Of a stretch of DNA of 64,000 bases, positions 42,983 to 56,179 are shown piece after piece. Positions within the stretch are counted from its first letter, which is position 1. Each line of letters starts with the position of its first letter. The position numbers and the translations under genes were made by a program. The stretch comes from Octopus sinensis. Its lineage: Eukaryota. A model generated the notes under the pieces. It had not been told where the DNA came from. It ran no database searches and worked only from the letters and a program-made list of their open reading frames with translations. The stretch is taken from contig NC_043024.1 of NCBI RefSeq assembly GCF_006345805.1, positions 12,028,001 to 12,092,000 of the forward strand. Reading direction: 5' to 3'.

Positions 42983-44653
42983 GCATGGTCGGGTCGTCGG
43001 CGACTAAACCGGCAACCCCACCAAGCTTGCTTGGTGAGGAGGGTGTTTATTGGACACCCTGCGGAATGAAAAGCAAAACCCGTCAAGGGCGGAGGAACTC
43101 TTGAGAGTCAACGGCCATCCAATAAATGCCTTAAGGATGTATCATGCGCGGGGACATAGAAATAATCGGACTGAATACCCGATCGCGCGGTTAAACCATT
43201 GGGAGTGAAGGACTCCAAGCCTTTGTTAGGGCATCCTTCTAGGAGAAGGTAACTCAGGTAACTGGGATAACTCCGACATAAAACCTGCGGCTCAGTGGTT
43301 ACCGATGATGTTGACTTGTTCTTCTTTTCGGATTATGGCGGCTGTTGCTTAGTGACTCAGTGCACAGCCTTTCCTCACTTAAAAAAAAAATCTTCTTGCA
43401 CAGGCATTGCACGATAACAACATTGATTAAGCTTCGTGCAATGGCCATACTCGGTAACGAGGGGGCAGTCACCATATATATATACATACACACACATACC
43501 TATATACATATACATATATATATTTGCCATCTCAATATGGCTAACCACTAAGGGTGGATGTTACAGTAACTTGTAGCTCCAGGAGAACATCGTCTCCAGC
43601 TGGCTTTAGGCTCACTTTCTGTGCCCTAAGGTATTTGCAAAGGGAGGTCATACTTCCCTCGTCAACCTAAGTGATACGCACGGACTGTAGAGATATATTA
43701 TTGCTTATATATATATATATAATATATATATATATATATACATATGTATGTATCATACAGGAACATGTATCATACATCAAAATGAAGCCGGTCCTCTGTG
43801 GATCACATCCTTACTTCTCAACATAGTCACCGTTTCTCTCAATAGCAATTTTCCACCTTCGAATGAGAGCATGTATCCCTGCCCCGTAAAATTCTGTTGA
43901 CTGTTCTTTGAGCCACTTCTTCACTACAGTTTTCACTTCCTCGTCACTGGAATAATGCTTGCCTTTCAAACCCTCTTTCATGGGGCCGAAGAGATGATAG
44001 TCTGAAGGCGCTAAATTATTCCAGTGATGAGGAAGTGGAAACTGTAGTGAAGAAGTGGCTCAAAGAACAGTCAACAGAATTTTACGGGGCAGGGATACAT
44101 GCTCTCATTCGAAGGTGGAACATTGCTATTGAGAGAAACGGTGACTATGTTGAGAAGTAGGGATGTGATCCACAGAGGACCAGCTTCATTTTGATGTATG
44201 ATACATGTTTTTGTGTTGGTAATTATACTTGTCCTAGACAAAATGGTATTACTTTTTGACCCACCTTCGTATTAGTTTCACGCTCGGTAAAAAGAGAGCT
44301 TTTGACGTTTCGAAGACTTGTGGGTGTATGTGAGTGTAGATAGATAGGTACGGAGATCTAGAGAGACAGATGTATTGATATCTATGTAAATCGATTCATA
44401 TTGAAACCACATCTTCCCGTCTTTCTCTCTCACTTTCTGTCTTTCTTTCTTTCATTCTTTCTTTTTTTTTTCAGGTCTATTCGGAAACACAGCCGAGATG
44501 AATTACATCGAATTGGCTATGATAATGACGTTGGTGCTGCTGCATGTGGGGCTTGCCACCATTGTTATAATGCGGAGGGTCAAGTTGCAGGAGGACAGGA
44601 GTGAGAGAAAGAGAGCGGGAGAGGCAGCGGGAGAGGCAGCGGGGGGAGCTTAG
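42855..44653 (+). CDS. Putative 70-aa single-pass membrane micropeptide (copy B), join(42855..42888,44475..44653)
   Basis: AAAAATG start; G|GTATGT donor; long pyrimidine tract + CAG|GT acceptor, phase 1. MFLPLVSFGLTGLFGNTAEMNYIELAMIMTLVLLHVGLATIVIMRRVKLQEDRSERKRAGEAAGEAAGGA*; paralogs at 59.3 and 61.2 kb. Confidence 0.72.
43757..44269. mobile_element. Foldback mariner MITE inside the micropeptide intron
   Basis: Arms 43762-43956 and 44015-44209 are inverted copies of the mariner 3' end; right TIR ...TTTTGACCCACCTTCG-TA. Confidence 0.8.
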
Positions 44654-46309
44654 GAAGTTCCCTGGAATTGAGTGCCTTTGCAATCAAATCACTCACACCT
44701 GCACAAAGAATCGAAACACCTTCACGCATCCATGTATCGATCCTTGGTCAATGCACACACTCAAAGAGAACGATAATCAGGATATTTGCACAAGATATTT
44801 TCGGTTTATGCCTTTGAACCACTTTCTGTATTATCGACACTTATTCTACGCGAAAGCAATATGCAAATTCTAGGCGAAAGCAATATGCAAATTCTACGAA
44901 GAAATGTTGAAGCAATTTAAATCGGCGCCATGTCAAAAACATTTTGCTACGTTTTTTTCAAAGCCTGATCTACGAGTGAATGTCTTGTGATTCGGCAACG
45001 GGATGCAAAGTCTTTCCTGGTACCATTTTAACCTAAAAACAACACGACAATAACCTATTGACATCTGGTCGACACTCACGATATTTCGCTGGTAATTCAC
45101 CGTTTTTCATGCGCCCTTCGTAGCATAAATTGTTAACTGATATTTGAGACTTGAGAACTGGAAACAGAAGGCCAAATCTAAATGACGTCGCTTGACACAC
45201 ATGGCGCTACACGTGACATAGAATAACAAACTTCACAAACCGTCTTCTTGAAAAATGGCAAAAGAAAATGAAAAAAAAATGAAAAAATGAAAAAAACAGA
45301 ACGAAGCAATGAAATACTGGGACAACGTATAGAGTTGGTCAATTTCGCCTGTTCTGCTCGTTTCTGTTCCTGAAAAACTTCTCTGCTTCAAAAGTTAGTT
45401 TATTAATATATTGTAGAGAATGAAATTCTACAATTTCATAACTTCTTTTCGTAGCTTTTGCAATCTTTGTGATTTTATTTTGATATAAATAAAGTTTATA
45501 AAAGCAGATAATTCTAGTTTAGTCCATCCATTAATCTATTCGTCTTTTCGCCCGTTTATTCGAGGGAGGATCGTTGGAGTGGAGTCCTAAAACACTGCCT
45601 CAGTAAGCTTCGACCAGAAGCAATCGTCCTTAGACATTCTGACGGACTTCCAACCGTGGCCACCTGAGATTATGGATATTTTCTGACTATCAGTTTGACG
45701 GTCCCCTAAGTCTCCCTAAGTCTCCTGACGTTTGGCTCAGCTCCAAGAACCCATTCTTTCCTGCAACATTCCAAAAACATGCCCTTAGTACCAGAGGTGT
45801 GGCCTCTAAGTGAGGAGTAGTGGCTCGAGATTCGATACATTCAACGTGACATGACCAAAACCACTAGACGAGCAGTGCTGCACTCGCGATCGCGAGAACG
45901 TTGTTTCGAATCCCAGACCGGCTGTCCGTTTTTTTATTGAGCAAAACACTTCATTTCACATGGGTCCGGTCTACTTCGGTTTCAATGTGCAATCTTTCGC
46001 CGGTTTAGTGTACAAGGGTGAGATATTGACTAAACAAAAACCACCCTTATTAAGGTCTGGCGAGCTACGTTTCGTATTCAACGAGCAAACGGACGAATAG
46101 TACAAACTAAACATGAATCCCGACAGGTTCAGACGTAGGTCAGTTTTTTTTTCCAGGGCGAGCCGTTTAATCTGCCCTCGATGTGGTTGAACAACCCGAG
46201 TTACGAACCCCTTTCCGGCTCCCTGTATTTGCACAGCAGCTTGAGCTTGAGGAATTCACAAACCGTTCAGCTAAGCACACCCTCGAGTAACATTAAAACA
46301 GAGCCGTTT

Positions 46310-47297
46310 GGAAAAATCATTGACCTCTGAGCTACGTACCCGGTCGAGTAACACTACTCCAGAAGCCGTTCGGAGGATTCCCATTTTGGCCACAGGTATT
46401 CACGTGGCGGCTCGACCAGGAAAAAAAAATTGACCTCTGAGCTTACGTACCCGGTCGAGTAACACTACTCCAGAAGCCGTTCGGAGGATTACCATTTTGG
46501 CCACAGGTATTCACGTGGCGGCTCGACCAGGAAAAAATCATTGACCTCTGAGCTACGTACCCGGTCGAGTAAGACTACTCCAGAAGCCGTTCGGAGGATT
46601 CCCAATTTGGCCACAGGTATTCACGTGGCGGCTCGACCAGGAAAAAATCATTGACCGCTGAGTTACGTACCCGGTCGAGTAACACTACTCCAGAAGCCGT
46701 TCGGAGGATTCCCATTTTGGCCACAGGTATTCACGTGGCGGCTCGACCAGGAAAAAAAAATTGACCTCTGAGCTACGTACCCGGTCGAGTAACACTACTC
46801 CAGAAGCCGTTCGGAGGATTCCCATTTTGGCCACAGGTATTCAGGTGGCGGTTCGACCAGGAAAAAATCATTGACCTCTGAGCTACGTACCCGGTCGAGT
46901 AAGACTACTCCAGAAGCCGTTCGGAGGATTCCCATTTTGGCCACAGGTATTCACGTGGCGGCTCGACCAGAAAAAAATAATTGGCCTCTGGGCTACGTAC
47001 CCGTTCGAGTAACACTACTCCAGAAACCGTTCGGAGGATTCCCATTTTGGCCACAGGTATTCACGTGGCGGCTAATCCAGGAAAAAATAATTGGCCTCTG
47101 GGCTACGTACACGGTCGAGTAACACTACTTCAGAAACCGTTCGGAGGATTCCCATTTTGGCCACAGGTATTCACGTGGCGGCTCGACCAGAAAAAAAATC
47201 ATTGACCTCTGAGCTACGACCCCGGTCGAGTAACACTACTCCAGAAACCGTTCAGAGGATTCCCATTTTGGCCACAGGTATTCACGTGGCGGCCCGA
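46310..47297. repeat. GC-rich tandem array, 9 x ~110 bp
   Basis: Unit starts (TTGACCTCTG/TTGGCCTCTG) at 46320, 46430, 46541, 46651, 46761, 46871, 46981, 47091, 47202. Confidence 0.95.
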
Positions 47298-47404
47298 CAG
47301 AAACATCGATTACAGTTCAAAGTCAACAAGACTTGAGAGAGGTGAGAGCGTTACTGATTTCAGAGGAAAGTTACAAAAATTTAACTAATTAAATTAAAAA
47401 GAAA

Positions 47405-47469
47405 TGCGTCAGCCGAACCCGGATCGACTGCTTGGAAGGCAACCATGCTAACCGTTACACCACTGACGC
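47405..47469 (-). pseudogene. tRNA-Gly(TCC) pseudogene
   Basis: Identical to intact copies except a 7-nt deletion in the T-arm. Confidence 0.85.
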
Positions 47470-47635
47470 TCGTTAGCTACACAAACTAATTTTAGTTTAT
47501 ATTTTCTTAGAAAATAAAGAAAAATGTTTGTGAATATATATGTATACGCCCACGCCCACGCTCATAAACACATGTATACACTCGCACGCATATACACACG
47601 CACGTCCATAGGGAAGAGGTTGAGTTTCGAAAGAG

Positions 47636-48262
47636 TGTATGTATGTATGTATGTATGTATGTATTAAATGTATGTATGTATGTATGTATTAATGTATGTA
47701 TGTATGTGTGTGTGATGTGTATGTATGTTGTATGTTGTATGTAGTATGTACGTATGTACTAATATGTAATGTATGTATGTATGTAATGTATGGATGTAAT
47801 GTATGTGTGTATGTATGTATGTATGTGTATGTGTGTATGTATGTATGTATGTGTATGTGTGGTGGTATGTATGTATGTGTATGTATGTATGGTATGTATG
47901 TGTGTATGTATGTTTGTATGTATGTATGTATGGGTGTGTGTATGTATTATGTATGTATGTATGTATGTATGTATGTGTTGTATTTATGTATGTATGTATG
48001 TATGTATGTGTGTATGTATGTATGTATGTATGTATTGGTGTATGTGTGTATGTATGTATGTATGTGTATGTGTGTATGTATGTATGTATGTGTGTATGTA
48101 TGTATGTATGTATGTTGGTATGTATGTATGTATGCGTGTATGTATGTATGTGTATGTTTGTATGTATATATGTGTATATGTATGTATGTATGTGTATATG
48201 TATGTATGTATGTATGTATGTACGTATGTATGTATGTATGTATGTATGTATGTAGTATGTAT
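47636..48262 (+). repeat. Expanded (GTAT)n microsatellite
   Basis: Same position holds only short (GTAT)n in the other tRNA repeat units. Confidence 0.9.
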
Positions 48263-48506
48263 GTGCATGTGCGTTGAGGTCTGTAAGTGTGGTCCGTATA
48301 TGTATTCGTATGGATGTGGTGTCGGAATAGGCGAGAGATTTCTTTGGGAAGCTTTCAAGAATTATGTCAATGCCACGGAAAAGAACCTCGATGACGTGCA
48401 ATTCTTGTGACCTACTTTTACCATTCTTACAACACACCTCACTTTCTCCCCTCACTTTCTCTCACTTTCTTTTCTCTGTCAATCTGTCGATCTGTCTGTA
48501 TGTCTC

Positions 48507-48578
<72 letters not shown>

Positions 48579-50432
48579 AAAATAATATGATCTTATTTTA
48601 CTGATTCCTCGATTAAAAAATTATTCTGGAAATTCCAACTTTGAAATAACGGTTTCTCGTTTCTCAAAAAATAAGCCATGATGTCGATTCACTCGACTAT
48701 AAGCCCTTCAAGGCGGTGCTCCAGCATGGCCCCAGTCTAATAAATAACACAGCTAGAAGTTTAAAAGAAATGTATGTACAGGTATATCGTTTTCGGTATA
48801 AATCTATTTACTTTGATGTATTACTATTCATATCACCTTGAGTTTTTTCAGATTTTCACTGATGGCATTTGGCAACTTCTAGCTTCATATTTCTCTTTTT
48901 GGATCTTTTCCGTTTGAACGGCAGTTTTTTCTAGCGGTGTCATATGAAATTGTCACCTATAATTATGACCCTAGTATCGATCTATTGCATTTCAATCTGT
49001 TTTAGGGTTAGGGTTAGGGGGAATGGTATTTTTTTTTTCTTCACAAATGTAAATAAACCCAATATGTTTCTTAAACGAGAGACATATTCACACAGCACAG
49101 AATGTTTTTTACCTCAATGGACGTCATTGATTGGTTGAAATTGCAGAAATTGAAGAAAAAAAACAACAAATATCTTACAAACGATAGAATTTTCTCAATA
49201 AAGCCAAGAGAAAAAGATGTTTTATAAACCCATTCTACCAGTATACGAAGTTTAAATTTTTTTAGTTATCTAGAAATTATGTTTAAAACTGCCGTTCAAA
49301 CCGAAAAGATCCTGCCCCCCTATTTTTTTCCGATCTCTTTTGATCGAAATTTTACATTTGTTTCCTTCTTTGATCCTTTTTTTCTTTTTCCATCTTCGAA
49401 AAAGAAAAGCTCTACATTTGTATTTGTCCCCTTTGTATTCAGCCCTGTGTGGCCAATAAAGAAAGTTATCTTCGGATCATTTCATTAATTTCTTACAACT
49501 TATTGTCCAATCATTGCTGAATTGTTTATTCTTTATTTCATAAATCTATAATATAAATTGGACATGGGGGCAATCGTTGTATTCTTTCTTGTCTTGAGGT
49601 TCACAGCCAAACGGTTGGGTGGATTCACGTGAAAAATGGCACGGATGTGGAGACGGGTGCATAGATTGGAATGCAGTTTGTATTTTTTTCCTAACACCCA
49701 TACTTACCAAGAAAATCGATTAAAACTTTTCTAATGGAATTTCCCTCTTTCTTCTGCCATTAAAACAATCAGTTGTATAGAAGCTGTTTTCTGACGGGGT
49801 GGGGTCAGGAAATGCGCATATAGCAGGAGGCTCCAATTGAAACAGGGGACCCGAAATGATAAGGTTGAGAAACGCTGTTATAGATTATGCCTAACCGAAA
49901 ATGATTATAGGCGCAGGAGTGGCTGTGTGGTAAGTAGCTTGTTTACCAACCACATGGTCCCGGGTTCAGTCCCACTGCGTGGACCCTTGGGCAAGTGTCT
50001 TCTACTATAGCCTCGGGCCGACGAAAGCCTTGTGAGTGGATTTGGTAGACGGAAACTGAAAGAAGCCCGTCGTATATATGTATATACATATATATATATA
50101 TGCGTGTGTGTGTTTGTGTGTCTGTGTTTGTGTGTCTGTGTTTGTCCCCCTAGCATTGCTTGACAACCGATGCTGGTGTGTTTATGTCTCCGTTACTTAG
50201 CGGTTCGGCAAAAGAGACCGATAGAATAAGTACTGGGCTTACAAGAGAATAAGTCCCGGGGTCGAGTTGCTCGATTAAAGGCGGTGCTCCAGCATCGCCG
50301 CAGTCAGATGACTGAAACAAGTAAAAGAGTAAAGAGTATAGACACATCATTCAAACAGACGGGTGAAACCGGGCTTAGCTGCTAGTAACATATAAACATT
50401 AATGGTTCACTCTTTATTTTACAGCTTTGATA

Positions 50433-51115
50433 ATGGGTGCTGAAAAATTTGCAATGAGAGGCATTTTACGCTACCTCATGGGCAGTGGTAAAAGGAGTTA
50501 ATGATGAAGATGACCAGGGAACTGTCAAAGAACATCTCACACAAAATTGGTTCCGACATTTCAAGGAAGGTAACTCCAGCTTCCATAACAAACCAAGGTC
50601 AGAGAGAGACGTTCTGTTGCGCATGATGAGACCTTACTTGAAATGGCTGAACAACGGCCAAGCTCAGGCACTCGTACATTGCTGGCAGAGCTTGGCCCTT
50701 CACGAAGCACCATCGAATGACATCTTTATAAGCTCAGCCTTGGGAACAGACGTTGTCGAGAAGCCCTTCATGAACTGACCAATGACCAGATTCAAAGACG
50801 TTTGGACGTTTGTTAACAACTCTGGCCAAATCCTCCAGATGTCAGTTTAGGGCGTCGAACTGTAACTGCAGATGAAAAATGGATCTATTTTCGTAAATCC
50901 TAATAAGAGAAATCAGGGGTCTCATTCCGGCCATTCTTCAGAATCTGTTGTCAAAGAAGGACAGTTTGAACAGAAGGTCATGTTTGTGTGTTTTGTGGAA
51001 TTTCAAGAGGGCGTAGCACTTTGAGCTTCTCCGAGATGGCCATGCTGGGAACGCTAAACTTTATGCAAAGCAACCGCAGCGAGTATATGATGCTTTGAAA
51101 ACCCGCTACTCAGCA
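50433..51115 (+). mobile_element. Degenerate mariner transposase (N-terminal two-thirds)
   Basis: MRGILRY..., NWFRHFKEGN...KPRS, LHELT, VTADEKWIYF, KVMF motifs across frameshifts. Confidence 0.75.
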
Positions 51116-51386
51116 TTGGTAGAGAAACTGTACTGAAGCCCGACATATGTGTGTTTGTATGTGCGTGTGCGTGTGCATCTTTATATTTGCGTTTGCTATC
51201 CTCCACCGTTTGACAATCGGTACAGGTTTGTTTACGACCTTGCAATTCAGCGCTTCGAAAAATAGAATTCCATAGAAATGACTGAAATAAGTGAAAGATG
51301 GAGGATATTTCATTGAAATTGTGTACAGAATTACTGATTTCAGAGGAAAGTTATAAAAAAATTAACTAATTAAATTAAAAAAGAAA

Positions 51387-51458
51387 TGCGTCAGCCGGGA
51401 GTCGAACCCGGATCGACTGCTTGGAAGGCAACCATGCTAACCGTTACACCACTGACGC
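51387..51458 (-). tRNA. tRNA-Gly(TCC)
   Basis: GCGTCAGTGGTGTAACGGTTAGCATGGTTGCCTTCCAAGCAGTCGATCCGGGTTCGACTCCCGGCTGACGCA, full cloverleaf, downstream T-run terminator. Confidence 0.93.
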
Positions 51459-52796
51459 TCGGTGGTTCCTTTCCATCAATTTTATTATATATTTTCTTAA
51501 ATAATAAAGAAAAATGCTTGTGAATATATACGTATACGCCCACGCCCGCGCTCATAAACGCACTCATACACGTCCATACAGAAGAGGTTGAGTTTCAAAA
51601 GAGTGTATGTATGTATGTATGTGCGTGTGCGTTGAGGTCTGTATGTGTGGTCTGTATATATATTCGTCTGCGTGTGGTGTCGGAGCAGGCGAGAGATTTC
51701 TTTGGGAAGCTTTCAAGAATTATGTCCTTCCATGGAAAGGAACCTTGATGACGTGCAATTCTTGTGACCTACTTTTACCATTCTTACAATACACCTCACT
51801 TTCTCCCCTCACTTTCTCTCTTTGCTTTTCTCTGTCAATCTGTCGATCCGTCTGTCTGGCTGTCTCTCTCTCTCTCTCTCTCTCTCTCTTTACGCGCGCG
51901 CACACGCACACAGACACAGATATAGACGCACACTCACACACACACAAAATAATGAGAGGTCGACTTTGCCTTTCATCGTTTTCGGGGTCGATAAATTAAG
52001 TACCAGTTACGCACTGGGGTCGATATAATCGACTTAATCCGTTTGTCTGTCCTTGTTTTTCCCCTCTGTGTTTAGCCCCTTGTGGGTAGTAAAGAAATAA
52101 ATAATATGATCTTACTTATTTTACTGATTCCACGATTAAAAATTTTTTCCGGAAATTTCAACTTATACAAACGGTTTCTGGTGAGGAAAAGTGTCCACTT
52201 ATATGCATTCTTCTAAGTCCATATCTGCCAAAGTTTTGATTGAGGACATGTATATTCATAATGATGATGGCTGCCGCCTTTGTGAGCGAGGAAGACCATC
52301 GCTGACTCATTAAGCACATTGTGCACTCAGATATAATTATACTGAAGCCCTTCATGAAGAACCATCAAATGACATCTTTATAAGCTCAGCCTTGGGAACC
52401 GACGTTGTCGAGAAGCCCTTCATGAACTGACCAATGACCATCTTCAAAGACGTTTAGACGTTTGTTAACAACTCTGGCCAAATCGTCCAGATGTCAGTTT
52501 TGGGCGTCGAACTGTAACTGGAGATGAAAAATGGATCTATTTTCGTAATCCTAATAAGAGAAATCAGGGGTCTCATTCCGGCCAGGCTTCAGAATCTGTT
52601 GTCAAACAAGGGCAGTTTGAACAGAAGGTCATGTTTGTGTGTTTGGTGGAATTTCAATTTGGGGTAGCACTTTGAGCTTCTCCTAGATGGCCATGCTGGG
52701 AACGCTAAACTTTATGCAAAACAACAGCAGCGAGTATATGATGCTTTGAAAATCCGCTACTCATCATTGGTTGAGAAACTGTTCGGAAGCCCGACA

Positions 52797-52830
<34 letters not shown>

Positions 52831-53049
52831 TGTGTGTGTGCATCTTTATATTTGCGTTTGCTATCCTCCACCGTTTGACAATCGGTGTAGGTTTGTTTAC
52901 GACCTCGCAATTCAGCGCTTCGAAAAATAGAATTCCATAGAAATGACTGAAATAAGTGTAAGATGGAGGATATTTCATTGAAATTGTGTACAGAATTATT
53001 GATTTCAGAGGAAAGTTACAAAAAATTAACTAATTAAATTAAAAAGAAA

Positions 53050-53121
53050 TGCGTCAGCCGGGAGTCGAACCCGGATCGACTGCTTGGAAGGCAACCATGC
53101 TAACCGTTACACCACTGACGC
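53050..53121 (-). tRNA. tRNA-Gly(TCC)
   Basis: Identical to 51387-51458; T-run terminator. Confidence 0.93.
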
Positions 53122-53503
53122 TCTGTGGTTCCGTTCAACCAATTTTGTTATATATTTTCTTAAATAATAAAGAAAAATGCTTGTGAATATATACGTACAC
53201 GCCCACACCCACGCTCATAAAGACGTGTATACACTCGCACGCATATATACACACGCGCGTGCACGCACGTCCATATGGAAGAGGTTGAGTTTTGAAAGAG
53301 TGTGTGTATGTATGTATGTATTCGTATGGATGTGGTGTCGGAGCAGGCGAGAGATTTCTTTGGGAAGCTTTCAAGAATTATGTCAATGCCACGGAAAAGA
53401 ACCTTGATGACGTGCAATTCTTGTGACCTACTTTTACCATTCTTACAACACAGCTCCTTCTTCCCTCACTTTCTCTCTTTTCTTTTCTCTGTCAATCTGT
53501 CGA

Positions 53504-53537
<34 letters not shown>

Positions 53538-54580
53538 CATGCGCGCGCACACGCACACAGACACAGACATACACCTCACACAGAGACACACACACAAAAT
53601 AATATGATCTTACTTATTTTACTGATTCCACGATTAAAATATCATTCCGGAAATTTCCACTTAGACAAACGGTTTCTGGTGAGGAAAAGTGTCCACTTAT
53701 ATGCATTCTTCTAAGTCCATATCTGCCAAAGTTTTGATTGAGGACATGTATATTCATGATGATGATGGCTGTCCCCTTTGTGAGCGAGGAAGACCATCGC
53801 TGACCATAAAGCACATTGTGCACTCAGACATAATTATACTGAAGGCCTTCACGAAGCACCATCGAATGACATCTTTATAAATCAGCTTTGTGGACAGACG
53901 CTGTCGAGAAGCCCTTCATGAATTGACCAATGACCATCTTCAAAGACGTTTGGACGTTTGTAAACATCTCTGGCCAATTCCTCCAGATGTCAGTTTTGGG
54001 CGTTGAACTGTAACTACAGATGAAAAATGGATCTATTTTCGTAATCTTAATAAGAGAAATCAGAGGTCTCATTCCGGCCAGGCTTCAGAATCTGTTATCA
54101 AACAAGGGCAGTTTGAACTGAAGGTCCTGTTTATGTTTGGTGGAATTTCAATTTGGTGTAGCACTTTGAGCTTCTCCTAGATGGCCGTGTTGGGAACGCT
54201 AAACTTTATGCAAAACAACTGCAGCGAGTATATGATGCTTTGAAAATCCGCTACTCATCATTGGTAGGAAAACTGTACTGAAGCCCGACATGTGTGTGTG
54301 TGTGTGCATGTGTGTGTGTGTGTGTGCATGTGTCGTGGCGTGCTTGTGCGTGTGTGTGTGCGTGACTGTTGCATCTTTATATTTGCGTTTGCTATCCTCC
54401 ACCGTTTGACATTCGGTGTAAGTTTGTTTACGACCTCGCAATTCAGCGCTTCGAAAAATAGAATTCCATAGAAATGACTGAAATAAGTGTAAGATGGAGG
54501 ATATTTCATTGAAATTGTGTACAGAATTACTGATTTCAGAGGAAAGTTACAAAAAATTAACTAATTAAATTAAAAAGAAA

Positions 54581-54652
54581 TGCGTCAGCCGGGAGTCGAA
54601 CCCGGATCGACTGCTTGGAAGGCAACCATGCTAACCGTTACACCACTGACGC
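54581..54652 (-). tRNA. tRNA-Gly(TCC)
   Basis: Identical to 51387-51458; T-run terminator. Confidence 0.93.
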
Positions 54653-55098
54653 TCGGTGGTTCCTTTCAACCAATTTTGGTATATATTTTCTTAAATAATA
54701 AAGAAAAATGCTTGTGAATATATATGTACACGCCCACACCCGCTCTCATAAACACATGTATACACTCGCACGCATATACACACGCACGTCCATAGGGAAG
54801 AGGTTGAGTTTCGAAAGAGTGTATGTATGTATGTATGTATGTATGTATGTGTATGTATGTATGTATGTATGTGTGCATGTGCGTTGAGGTCTGTATGTGT
54901 GCTCCGTTTATGTATTCGTATGCGTGTGGTGTCGGAGCAGGCGAGAGACTTCTTTGGGAAACTTTCAAGAATTATGTCAATGCCACGGAAAAGAACTTTG
55001 ATGACGTGCAATTCTTGTGACCTACTTTTACCATTCTTACAATACACCTCACTCTACCCTCACTTTCTCTCTTTGCTTTTCTCTGTCAATCTGTCTCT

Positions 55099-55136
<38 letters not shown>

Positions 55137-56107
55137 GCGCGCACACGCACACAGACATAGACACAGACACACACACACACAAAATAATATGATCTTAATT
55201 ATTTTACTGATTCCACGATTAAAATTTTTTTCCGGAAATTTCAACTTATACAAACGGTTTCTGGTGAGGAAAAGTGTCCACTTATATGCATTCTTCTAAG
55301 TCCATATCTGCCAAAGTTTTGATTGAGGACATGTATATTCATAATGATGATGGCTGCCCCCTTTGTGAGCGAGGAAGACCATCGATGACCCATTAAGCAT
55401 ATTGTGCACTCAGATATAATATACTGAAGCCCTTCATGAAGAACCATCAAATGACATCTTTATAAGCTCAGCCTTGGGAACCGACGTTGTCGAGAAGCCC
55501 TTCATGAACTGACTAATGACCACTTCAAAGACGTTTAGACGTTTGTTAACAACTCTGGCCAAATCGTCCAGATGTCAGTTTTGGGCGTCGAACTGTAACT
55601 GCAGATGAAAAATGGATCTATTTTCGTAATCCTAATAAGAGAAATCAGTGGTTCATTCCGGCCAGGCTTCAGTATCTGTTGTCAAACACAGGCAGTTTGA
55701 AGAGAAGGTCATGTTTGTGTTTGGTGGAATTTCAAACTGGTGTAGTCACTTTGAGCTTCTCCTAGATGGCATGCTGGGAACGCTAAACTTTATGCAACAA
55801 CAGCAACGAGTATATGAGGCTTTGAAAACCCGCTACTCAGCATTGGTAGAGAAACTGTACTGAAGCCCGACATGTATGTGTGTGTGTGTGGTGTGGTGTG
55901 TGCATCTTTATATTTGCGTTTGCTATCCTCCAACGTTGACAATCGTGTAGGTTGGTTTACGACCTCGCCATCAGCGCTTCGAAAAATAAATTCCATAGAA
56001 ATGACTGAAATAAGTGTAAGATGGAGGATATTTCATTGAAATCGTGTACAGAATTACTGATTTCAGAGGAAAGTTACAAAAAATTAACTAATTAAATTAA
56101 AAAGAAA

Positions 56108-56179
56108 TGCGTCAGCCGGGAGTCGAACCCTGATCGACGGCTTGGAAGGCAACCATGCTACCCGTTACCACACTGACGC
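56108..56179 (-). tRNA. tRNA-Gly(TCC), divergent copy (pseudogene or consensus error)
   Basis: Several substitutions in D-arm, anticodon stem and T-stem; flanks also show small indels. Confidence 0.55.

Noticed and set aside
46310-47297. CRISPR-like appearance; HDV/CPEB3-like TTCACGT; hammerhead
   Set aside because: No unique spacers and eukaryotic context; P2/P3/J4-2 of HDV cannot be built; no CUGANGA core on either strand.
47664-48455. HTYI/MYVC-rich ORFs, and the many YIYI ORFs elsewhere
   Set aside because: Microsatellite translations.
49699-49708. ATACTTACC, U1 snRNA 5' end
   Set aside because: Only 9 nt match; the rest of U1 is absent.
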